Shown here: positions 56,715 through 64,000 of the stretch, piece by piece
Numbering within the stretch: position 1 is the stretch's first letter
How the letters are laid out: each line of letters opens with the position of its first letter
Assembly: GCA_040905465.1 (NCBI GenBank)
Contig: JBBDRK010000043.1
Coordinates: 55,004-119,003, forward strand
Length of the DNA: 64,000 nucleotides
Reading direction: 5' to 3'
Source of the DNA: Trueperaceae bacterium
GTDB taxonomy: Bacteria > Deinococcota > Deinococci > Deinococcales > Trueperaceae
Notes under the pieces: model-generated
Database searches by the model: none
What the model was told of the DNA's origin: nothing
What the model saw: only the letters and a program-made list of their open reading frames with translations
Position numbers and translations under genes: made by a program

Positions 56715-57976
56715 ACCACGCTCTGAAGCCCATACTCTTCGTCCTTGGCTTGCTCTTCGGAGCCGCCGCATTTGCCCAGCCGGTCGAGATCGTCTATTGG
56801 CAGTACGACTTCGCCACCCGCATCGACGCGATGAATCAGCTCATCGAGCGGTTCGAGGCCGAGAATCCGGACATCACCGTGGTGCAGGAGACCTTCCCGT
56901 ACGACGCGTACCAGCAGCAGGTGGCCGCCTCGCTGCCGGCGGGCCAGGGGCCGGACGTCATCCAGCTCTTCTACGGCTGGTTGCCGGCGTGGCAGCGCGC
57001 GGGATACCTCGAACCGTTGCCAGATCGGTTCTTCGATACCGCCGCTTTGGATGGCGAGTTCGTGCCGATGGCCCAGGCGGGCAAGATAGGTGGCGAATAC
57101 TACGGGCTTCCCACTGCCGTCCGGTCGCTGGCGCTCTTCTACAACGCCGACATGCTCCGTGAGGCGGGCTTCGATGGGCCGCCGGAAACCTGGAGCGAGT
57201 TCATCGAGGTCGGCAAGGCGCTAACCGAGAAGCGCGGGTCACGGTTCACCCAGGTCGGGTACGGTTTTGCGCCGGGCGGTCAGGACCATCACCTGGTTCG
57301 CGAGGTCCTCACGAGGCAGTTCGGCACTCCGCCCTACGACGATGAGCTCACCGAGGTCCTCTACGACAGTCCCGAAGGTCTCGCGGCTTTCGAGTTCTAC
57401 ACTTCGTTGATGACCGAGCATGAGATAGGCGTAACCAGCTTCGTCCCGGGGAACAACGGTTATCGGGAGGGCTTCGGTCAGCTCGAGAACATAGCGATGA
57501 TCATCGACGGCTCCTTCGCGGTCGGCTCGATTCGAAACGCGGCCCAGTTCGACTGGGGCGTGGCCGAACTGCCCGTCCGCGAGGAGGGCGGCGTGAAGGC
57601 GAACTTCGGCTCGTTCTGGATGAACGGCCTCACCGCCAACGCCTTCCAGGATGACCGCCGTCTGGAAGCCTCGGCCAAGTTCCTCGACTTCGTCACCCAG
57701 CCCGAGGCGATGAAGCTGTGGCTCGAGGTAGTAGGCGAACTGCCGGCGCGGCAGAGCCTGGTCGACGATCCCGCGATGATCTCCGATCCGGTGTTCGGCC
57801 CGTTCATCAGTTCTCTGGCGTACGCGACCGCCACCCGGTTCGTCGACGAGACCGCTCAGCGGGACGTTATCGTCGACGCGATCGACCGGGTGGTACTAGA
57901 AGACGTGGCTCCGGCCCAGGCCTGGGACCAGGCCGCCGCCGAAGACCAGGCCCTGCTCGACCAGTTCACCCGCTAG
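56711..57976 (+). CDS. Sugar-type ABC transporter substrate-binding protein (family 1)
   Basis: Signal peptide AFA-Q; FEAENPDITV, GPDV, YGLP, LFYNADML, PPETWSE. Confidence 0.92.
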   Translation: MNHALKPILFVLGLLFGAAAFAQPVEIVYWQYDFATRIDAMNQLIERFEAENPDITVVQETFPYDAYQQQVAASLPAGQGPDVIQLFYGWLPAWQRAGYLEPLPDRFFDTAALDGEFVPMAQAGKIGGEYYGLPTAVRSLALFYNADMLREAGFDGPPETWSEFIEVGKALTEKRGSRFTQVGYGFAPGGQDHHLVREVLTRQFGTPPYDDELTEVLYDSPEGLAAFEFYTSLMTEHEIGVTSFVPGNNGYREGFGQLENIAMIIDGSFAVGSIRNAAQFDWGVAELPVREEGGVKANFGSFWMNGLTANAFQDDRRLEASAKFLDFVTQPEAMKLWLEVVGELPARQSLVDDPAMISDPVFGPFISSLAYATATRFVDETAQRDVIVDAIDRVVLEDVAPAQAWDQAAAEDQALLDQFTR

Positions 57977-58035
57977 GCCGATAATTCCATGGCGATCCTT
58001 GCGGTGCCACCGATCGTCGGCGAAGCGGCTGATTC

Positions 58036-59004
58036 GTGAAGACGTCGATCGGAAGGGAGCGGCGCGAGCAGCGCCGCTCCCGACTCTCGCTCGGCAGGCG
58101 GGAGACGTTGTGGGCATACGCTTTCCTGGCGGTGCCCCTCGTCTTCTTCCTGTTCCTGCGGATCTGGCCGGCCCTGCAGTCTTTCCAGTTGTCGCTTTTC
58201 ACCTGGCACGTCGATCCGGCGCAGCGGGAGTTCATCGGCTTCGACTACTACCGGGAGCTGATGGGCGCCGCGAGGTTCCACCGGGCGGTGCTCAACACCT
58301 TTCTCTATACGCTCATCATCGTGCCGGTCCAGCTTGCGTTGGGGCTCCTGATCGCTCTGCTGCTGCAGGCGGTCGAACGGTTCCGCCCGCTGTTTCGAGC
58401 GATCTATTTTTCTCCCTACATGACGCCCGCGGCTGCAGTGGCCTGGGTATGGGGTTGGATGTACTCCACCAACTTCGGCATCATCAACACCTTCCTCATC
58501 GAGTGGAGCATCTTCTGGGAGGAGCTGGGCCTGCCATGGCTTGCGATAGACCCGCAGCCGTTCCTGACCGATCCGAGCCAGGCCTTGCCGGCAGTGGCGG
58601 CGGTGGTGATCTGGCAGCAGCTCGGTTTCCAGGTAGTCATCTTCCTTGCCGGCCTGCAGGGGATTCCACGCACCTTCTATGAGGCCGCCCGGATCGACGG
58701 CGCAGGACCCTGGGCACTTTTTCGCTTCATCACCCTGCCGCTCCTGAACCCGGTAATGGTGTTCTCCGTGGTCATATCCTCGATAGCCTCGCTGCAGCTC
58801 TTCGATCAGGTGGTGAACATCAACTTCACCAACCAGGGCGGTCCCCTCAACAGCACGCTAACCATCGCGCTGTACATGTATCAGGAGGCGTTCGGCCGCT
58901 TCCGCATGGGTTACGCCGCCGCCGTGACCGTCGTTCTCTTCGCGCTCATATTGCTTGTCACCGTGGTGCAGTTGCGGCTGGCCAGTCGCAAGGTCGAATA
59001 CTGA
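58036..59004 (+). CDS. Carbohydrate ABC transporter permease (MalF/UgpA-like)
   Basis: FLAGLQGIP...YEAARIDGAG...FRFITLPLL; MGYAAA. Confidence 0.93.
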   Translation: MKTSIGRERREQRRSRLSLGRRETLWAYAFLAVPLVFFLFLRIWPALQSFQLSLFTWHVDPAQREFIGFDYYRELMGAARFHRAVLNTFLYTLIIVPVQLALGLLIALLLQAVERFRPLFRAIYFSPYMTPAAAVAWVWGWMYSTNFGIINTFLIEWSIFWEELGLPWLAIDPQPFLTDPSQALPAVAAVVIWQQLGFQVVIFLAGLQGIPRTFYEAARIDGAGPWALFRFITLPLLNPVMVFSVVISSIASLQLFDQVVNINFTNQGGPLNSTLTIALYMYQEAFGRFRMGYAAAVTVVLFALILLVTVVQLRLASRKVEY

Positions 59005-59894
59005 TGGCGCTTCCCCCGCCCGAAGCGGCTCGTCCCGGAGCGGGTGCCGCCACGACTCGGCCCGAACACCGGCCGGAACGGCGGATCCGACCCGGCAGCG
59101 CGATAGCTTACCTGCTGCTCGTTGTCGGTGGCGTGGCGATGTTCTTCCCATTCCTGTGGATGCTGCTGTCGTCGTTCAAGGAGCTTCGCGACATCTTCGC
59201 GTTGACGGTTCTTCCCACGACCTGGACGATGGCCAACTACCGTGACGTGCTGCTCGGGACCGCCTTCCCGCGCTGGTTCCTCAACAGCCTGCTGGTGGCG
59301 GGCTTGACGACGGCGTCCGTACTGTTCTTCTGCTCGCTGGTCGGCTATACCCTCACCCGGCTGCGCTTCCCGGGCCGCGACGCGGTGTTCCTGCTGATTC
59401 TCTCGACCCTGATGATCCCCACCGAAATGCTGGTGATCCCCTGGTTCGTTATGTCCTCGCAGTTCGGCTGGGTGAACAGCTATTGGGGGCTGATCTTCCC
59501 GGGCCTGATTCCGGCGTTCGGCGTGTTTCTGATGAGGCAGTTCTTCAGCACCCTGCCGCGTGACCTGTTCGATGCCGGCCGGGTCGATGGAGTCAGCGAG
59601 TTCGGACTGTTCCTGCGGATCGGCCTGCCGCTGGTCCGCCCGGGATTGGCTGCGCTCGGCATATTCACCTTCATCGGCAACTGGAACGCATTCCTGTGGC
59701 CGCTCATCATCGCGCGTTCGTCCAGCATGCGAACCGTGCCGGTGGGGATGGCGTTCTTCTCCAGCGAGGCGGGGACCGCCTGGAATCTGATCATGGCCGC
59801 GTCGGCGCTGGCGATCGTCCCGGTGCTGCTGGTGTTTTTCCTGTTCCAGAAGCAGATCATCGAGGGGGTGGTGCTTACCGGGACCAAGGGGTGA
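59004..59894 (+). CDS. Carbohydrate ABC transporter permease (MalG/UgpE-like)
   Basis: PFLWMLLSSFK, FLMRQFF..LP..L.DAGRVDG, WNAFLWP, FQKQIIEG. Confidence 0.93.
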   Translation: MALPPPEAARPGAGAATTRPEHRPERRIRPGSAIAYLLLVVGGVAMFFPFLWMLLSSFKELRDIFALTVLPTTWTMANYRDVLLGTAFPRWFLNSLLVAGLTTASVLFFCSLVGYTLTRLRFPGRDAVFLLILSTLMIPTEMLVIPWFVMSSQFGWVNSYWGLIFPGLIPAFGVFLMRQFFSTLPRDLFDAGRVDGVSEFGLFLRIGLPLVRPGLAALGIFTFIGNWNAFLWPLIIARSSSMRTVPVGMAFFSSEAGTAWNLIMAASALAIVPVLLVFFLFQKQIIEGVVLTGTKG

Positions 59895-60489
59895 TCGACC
59901 CTGCGGGAAACACGCCGTCCTCGGTCGCAAGGTGAGTCATCCTCACATCGTGGGGTTCGCTCGGCAGGCGTGGCACCAGCAACTCCGCCGGCGTGATTCC
60001 GACAAGAGGCACGCTGGGATCCAGGGAGCCCAGAAACCGGTCGTAGAAACCCATCCCGAAGCCGAGGCGGTGGCCGCTCACGTCGAACGCAAGACCGGGA
60101 ACCAGCACCATCTCCATTTCACCGGCCGAACCGGCGGCGGCGACTGTCGGCTGAAGGAAGCCGAAGCGGTGACGCTCGAGCGACGCGAGATCCAGTCGAT
60201 GGAGGGTGAGGGCGGGTTCGCCCTCGGTTGCGGTCCTGGTGGTGTAGAAGCTCTTGGCGGGGTCGTCTAGCAACGCGCTCAGGTCCGGCTCGTCGCCGAA
60301 GGCCAGATAGACGAGTATCCGCGCCGACGCCAGGTAGGCTGGCCACTCCCTGAGTCTTGCGGCAACCGCCTGTCCCGTATGCCACGGATCGATTGCCGAA
60401 CGCCGCCGTCGTGCCCATACCCGCCAGTCGGCCTTCGGAGCGCCGCTTTCGGGTGGTTCCCCCGTCTCGGATTTGCGCGTAGGCGACAT
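59875..60489 (-). CDS. ygfA: 5-formyltetrahydrofolate cyclo-ligase
   Basis: YLAFGDEPD, LVPGLAFD..GHRLGFGMGFYDRFL, EPHDVRM. Confidence 0.93.
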   Translation of the reverse strand: MSPTRKSETGEPPESGAPKADWRVWARRRRSAIDPWHTGQAVAARLREWPAYLASARILVYLAFGDEPDLSALLDDPAKSFYTTRTATEGEPALTLHRLDLASLERHRFGFLQPTVAAAGSAGEMEMVLVPGLAFDVSGHRLGFGMGFYDRFLGSLDPSVPLVGITPAELLVPRLPSEPHDVRMTHLATEDGVFPAGSITPWSR

Positions 60490-60645
60490 GCGCTAATGCT
60501 AACGCCCGGTCACGGGCGCAGGGCCGAGCGAGCTGCGCCTGCGGAACGGAAGCGCCCGCCAACCCGACGCGACGAACATCGTTCGCTGGGCCGGTAGTCG
60601 TCGACGCCGACACTCGTTGGTGCCGGCGAGGAGTCGTGGGGTAAA

Positions 60646-60680
60646 GAGAGAAGCGAGCGGTATTGCCGCTCGCTTCTCTC
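60646..60680 (-). terminator. Perfect 15-bp hairpin, likely intrinsic terminator
   Basis: GAGAGAAGCGAGCGG (60646-60660) / CCGCTCGCTTCTCTC (60666-60680), 5-nt loop; followed by TTTA on the minus strand. Confidence 0.75.
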
Positions 60681-60796
60681 GGAACTACGGGCCGATCAGG
60701 AAAGGATGCACTGATCAGGGGAGTCGTGGCCGGTCAGGGTTTCGCCACCTGGATAGAAGCCGCTTACGAGGCGTCTTGACTGTGCCCGGTGAGTCC
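60681..60796 (-). ncRNA. Candidate structured RNA (116 nt, unclassified)
   Basis: Ends pair (GGACTCACCGGGC with GCCCGTAGTTCC); three internal hairpins; abuts the terminator. No known family recognised. Confidence 0.35.
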
Positions 60797-60826
60797 GGAC
60801 AAGTGAGGCTGGGGTAGAGGCTGGGT

Positions 60827-61027
60827 TCAGTAGAGTTCCTCGATGATACCGGTGGGGCCGTCGTACTTGCGGTCCGGCAGTGCCTTCAACGTCTCGATTA
60901 TGTCGTCGGGCGCGTTCTGACCGCGAGCGTGCTCCACCAGATCCTGCTTGGCGGCCGGGTAGTTCATGCCGCCGAGGAACTTCTGGATCTGGGTCGGGTT
61001 TGGTCTGCTTCCTTCTTGACTGGCCAC
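60827..61027 (-). CDS. DUF2795-family small protein
   Basis: QIQKFLGGMNYPAAKQDLVEHARGQNAPDDIIETLKALPDRKY; AAGGAGG SD before GTG. Confidence 0.85.
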   Translation of the reverse strand: MASQEGSRPNPTQIQKFLGGMNYPAAKQDLVEHARGQNAPDDIIETLKALPDRKYDGPTGIIEELY

Positions 61028-61245
61028 GCAAATCCCTCCTTCTCGGCTCCATTTCGAGGATCCATCCAGCGAGCGAACCCTTGCCAAGAGAGTGAGCCTA
61101 TGCGCCCGCTTTCTCTGTAACCGACGCAAAGGTGTTGTCGTTGTAGCGACGCGGTCCGCGGGCATGGCCGGCCGTCTCATTCGCGGAACGCTCGTCCTGT
61201 CCCCTGGTGCACCGGCGGCTGGCAGGGGGTCGGATAGTGTGGGTC

Positions 61246-61689
61246 ATGGCAAAGACACAGACCACCGTTGTCCACCGGCTCACCGGCAAACGCTTCGTGG
61301 GCATCGACCCCGACGGCTTGAGGGTGCTCATCGATGGGGAGGATAGTGCCAGAACCGGCATGCGGCCGATGCAGCTCGTCCTGAATGCAGTCGGCGCCTG
61401 CGCCGCTTACGACATAGTGGAGATGATCCGCAAGCGGCGCATCGAACTGCGTTCGTACCGCGTGGAACTGGAAGGCGAGCGGTCGGAAGGAACGCCGGCG
61501 TATTACACCCGCATCAAGGCGCGGCACGTGTTCGACGCACCCGGCCTCGACCGGGCGACCGCCGAGCGCTTCGTGGATCTCGGGACCAGCAAGTACTGTT
61601 CGGTGGCGGCGTCGCTCAGGGCGGAGATGGAGTTCGAGGTGGTGCTCGAGCACGAGTCCGAGGCTGCCGAGGCTGCCCCGGAAGAATAG
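61246..61689 (+). CDS. OsmC/YhfA-family protein
   Basis: GMRPMQLVLNAVGACAAYD, SKYCSVAASL (two conserved Cys). Confidence 0.9.
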   Translation: MAKTQTTVVHRLTGKRFVGIDPDGLRVLIDGEDSARTGMRPMQLVLNAVGACAAYDIVEMIRKRRIELRSYRVELEGERSEGTPAYYTRIKARHVFDAPGLDRATAERFVDLGTSKYCSVAASLRAEMEFEVVLEHESEAAEAAPEE

Positions 61690-61733
61690 CGCCGGAAGAA
61701 TAGTTCCGGAAGAATAGTTCCGGAAGAGTAGCT
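61678..61733. repeat. Tandem repeat, 4 x 14 bp, consensus CCGGAAGAATAGTT
   Basis: Units at 61678, 61692, 61706 and 61720; the first unit contains the osmC stop codon. Confidence 0.92.
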
Positions 61734-61876
61734 CCTGGGTTACCAGGTCATGGAGTTCGGCGAGGCGCTCACGTTCGGTGGGCAACCGTGACTGAACTTC
61801 GACGTCGAGCGCGCCGGATCGGGACGCATGGCGTTGTGCGGCCGCTCGGGCACGGTTAGCGAAAGGAGAACCCGCA

Positions 61877-62881
61877 GTGGAGTAACCGGTATCTGGGAAG
61901 CACCGGCCTGAAGGTGAGCGAGCTCTGGCTGGGCGCCATGACCTTCGGTCGTGAGGCCGACGAGCGCTCCAGCCACGAGATGCTGGATACGTTCGTGCAT
62001 GCCGATGGCAACTTCATCGACACCGCCGATGTCTATTCGCGAGGTGCTTCGGAGACCGTTGTGGGGAGCTGGCTTTCCAGGCAGCGGCGCGACGACCTGG
62101 TGGTCGCCAGCAAGGTCCGCTTTCCCATGGGCGACGGACCGAATGAAGCAGGGCTCAGCCGCAAGCACATCCTCTCGGGCGTAGAGGCCAGCCTGCAGCG
62201 ACTCCGCACCGACTATCTGGACCTGTATCAGGTGCACTGCTGGGATCCGGGCACTCCCCTGGAAGAGACCCTGGCCACCCTCAGCGACCTGGTCCGGCGG
62301 GGGCTCGTTCGCTACATCGGTGCCAGCAACTTCAGCGGCTGGCAGTTACAGAAGGCGATCGCCACGAGTCGCGCGTTGGGTCTGGAGTCGTTCACCTGCC
62401 TGCAGCCGCAGTACAACCTCCTTTGCCGCTCACCGAGTGGGAGCTCATGCCCGTGTGCCGGACAGAAGGGCTGGGAGTCATTCCCTGGAGCCCGTTGAGG
62501 GGAGGCTGGCTGAGCGGCAAGTTCGAGCGGGGGATGAAGGTGCCGGTAGCGGGCAGCCGCGTAGAGAAGGCGGAGAGCGAAGACTGGAGCGAGAAGTGGA
62601 GCAATTACGACAACGAGCACACCTGGAGCGTGCTCGACGTGCTTCACGAGTCGGCCGAGCGGCTGGGCCGGCATCCCGCGCAGGTTGCCATTCGCTGGCT
62701 GGTGCAACGCCCGGGCGTGAGTGCCCCTATTGTCGGTGCAAGAGACACGGCGCAACTCGAGACCAACCTCGGCTCGGTCGGTTGGGAGTTGGACGGTGCC
62801 TCGATGCGAAAGCTGGACGAGGCCAGCGCTCCGGAGTTACCCTACTCATACGACGTTCTCGCCAAGAACGCCACCCGCTGA
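61877..62881 (+). pseudogene. Aldo/keto reductase (YajO/Tas-like) with two frameshifts (pseudogene or assembly indels)
   Basis: AGGAG SD, then GTG GAG TAA CCG where the expected [14 protein letters not shown] needs one A removed (about 61884); a second 1-nt deletion near 62430 splits QYNLLCRS from TEWELMP. Motifs [19 protein letters not shown] and WSPLRGG are intact. Confidence 0.8.
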
Positions 62882-62940
62882 CGCCTTGGGCCCAGGCCCG
62901 GCCGCGGACCGGGTGTTCGGGTCGGACGTGCGGGCAGACG

Positions 62941-63192
62941 TCAGGCCTGGAGCGGTCCGGACCCGGTCAGGCCTGACGCGAAATCCTCGCCCGACCGACC
63001 CGCCGCGAAACCGGTCTGCAAGCCCATCAGATAACCGAGCCGCAGCATGAAGAGCAGGGTCTCTACGTCGCCGGCCTCCATCTTCCGGCGCACGTAGTCG
63101 GCGGTTCCGTCGGGCAGGGAGACGGAGTCTATTTCCTCCTCGTGGTTCTCCCGCATCTCCTGAAGGAACGCGTCGATAATGTCTTCGTTCAT
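62941..63192 (-). CDS. DdrH-like Deinococcota protein
   Basis: 83 aa with LPDG...FMLRLGYLMGLQTGFAAG...QA, resembling Deinococcus DdrH as recalled; not search-verified. Confidence 0.55.
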   Translation of the reverse strand: MNEDIIDAFLQEMRENHEEEIDSVSLPDGTADYVRRKMEAGDVETLLFMLRLGYLMGLQTGFAAGRSGEDFASGLTGSGPLQA

Positions 63193-63282
63193 ATCAGCCC
63201 TCTCACTTCTGAGCGTCCGGGTCCGGCCGCGTGAGTCTCAGTACCTGGATGTGTAGCCGCTGCTTCGGCTACGCTGCTCTCG

Positions 63283-63672
63283 TCACCGATCCTCGACAGG
63301 CAACTGCTCCTCGAGCCACGCCACTATCGCCTCCGCGCTGCCCAGGTTGGTTGCCAGAGGAACGTCGTGTACGTCGCATATCCGTAACAAGGCGGACACG
63401 TCCGGTTCGTGTGGCTGCGAGGTCAGCGGATCTCGGAAGAAAATCACGGCCAGCACTCGGCCCTCGGCGATGCGCGCTCCCACCTGGAGGTCGCCCCCTT
63501 GCGGCCCCGACTGCAACCGTTCGACGGGCAGCTTGGCCTTGTCCGCCATCACCTGGCCGGTGGTGCTGGTGGCGATCAGGGGAAAGCGCGAAAGCACGTC
63601 GGCATGATCCTTGGCGAAGATAGCGAGGTCGAGCTTCTTCTTGTCGTGAGCGATCAGCGCGACAGCTTTCAT
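63283..63672 (-). CDS. mgsA: Methylglyoxal synthase
   Basis: ALIAHDKKK, ATSTTG, SGPQGGDLQVG, FFRDPLTSQPHEPDVSALLRICDVH..PLATN. Confidence 0.97.
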   Translation of the reverse strand: MKAVALIAHDKKKLDLAIFAKDHADVLSRFPLIATSTTGQVMADKAKLPVERLQSGPQGGDLQVGARIAEGRVLAVIFFRDPLTSQPHEPDVSALLRICDVHDVPLATNLGSAEAIVAWLEEQLPVEDR

Positions 63673-63780
63673 GGCGCAAGTTTGACACGCCGGCGAGCCA
63701 GCGGCGGCGCGAGCCGACCCATACTCGGCGATCTACCTGAGTCCAGTAGTTTTTCCCTCCCTGACCGCGTCCGGAGCAAC

Positions 63781-64000
63781 TTGACACTTCTCGACCATGA
63801 GGTATAGACTTATTTTTGCCGCTCGCGAGAGTGGCGTGTACGTTGACAAGTGGCGAGCAAGTGTAGGCATTGTGCGATCTCTCGTGTTGAGCGCTCTTTG
63901 TTCACTTTCGAGTGTGCGTTGGGTGGCTTTTGAGGGATTGTGTGTGCCGAGTTGTTTTCTCGTGTCGTGTCCTGATGCGTAAGCAACAGGGCGCACTGTT
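63781..64000 (+). promoter_or_regulatory. Strong sigma70 promoter plus probable rRNA operon leader
   Basis: TTGACA (63781-63786), 18 nt, TAGACT (63805-63810); hairpin GCCGCTC-GCGA-GAGTGGC followed by boxA-like CGTTGACAAG; GT-rich non-coding run to the window end. Confidence 0.55.

Noticed and set aside
60681-60796. Assignment of the structured segment to SRP RNA, 5S rRNA, hammerhead, ZTP or SAM riboswitch
   Set aside because: Core consensus motifs of each (e.g. SRP CAGG..GGAAG.AGCAG, hammerhead CUGANGA...GAAA) could not be matched.
1-64000. Mobile elements, prophage, defence systems, tRNAs
   Set aside because: No transposase, integrase, phage structural, nuclease/defence motifs or tRNA cloverleaf were recognised by eye; a tRNAscan or HMM search was not possible.

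Overview
High-GC bacterial chromosome segment, most likely Deinococcota (Truepera-like). This is inferred from a DdrH-like protein, many leaderless TAnnnT-N5-9-start promoters and the yceD-rpmF-fabHDG-acpP-fabF layout. Bases 1-26.4 kb form a catabolic island of four operons. It holds three FGGY kinases, three SDRs, a Zn-dehydrogenase, a DhnA-type aldolase, a sulfatase, an Rpe-like epimerase, two SgcX-type M42 proteins, a BtpA/SgcQ protein, two DeoR regulators and peptide-type ABC cassettes. It reads as an expanded, PTS-free, partly duplicated counterpart of the cryptic E. coli sgc operon. Bases 26.5-64 kb are mostly core and stress genes: rfbB, azlCD, murJ, mntR, a BTAD regulator with an S8 protease, csaA, the fab cluster, hisA-mutM, an ECF sigma/anti-sigma pair, ygfA, osmC and mgsA. 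This part also has an amidohydrolase + ArgH-like lyase + sugar-ABC operon of unknown substrate. Finer points: mutM appears to start at a non-canonical ATC codon inside hisA; a candidate 116-nt structured RNA with a terminator lies upstream of ygfA; there are two minisatellites and a doubly frameshifted aldo-keto reductase; a probable rRNA promoter/leader sits at the right edge. No CRISPR array, tRNA, transposase or integrase was recognised. All assignments come from reading motifs by eye; no searches were run.
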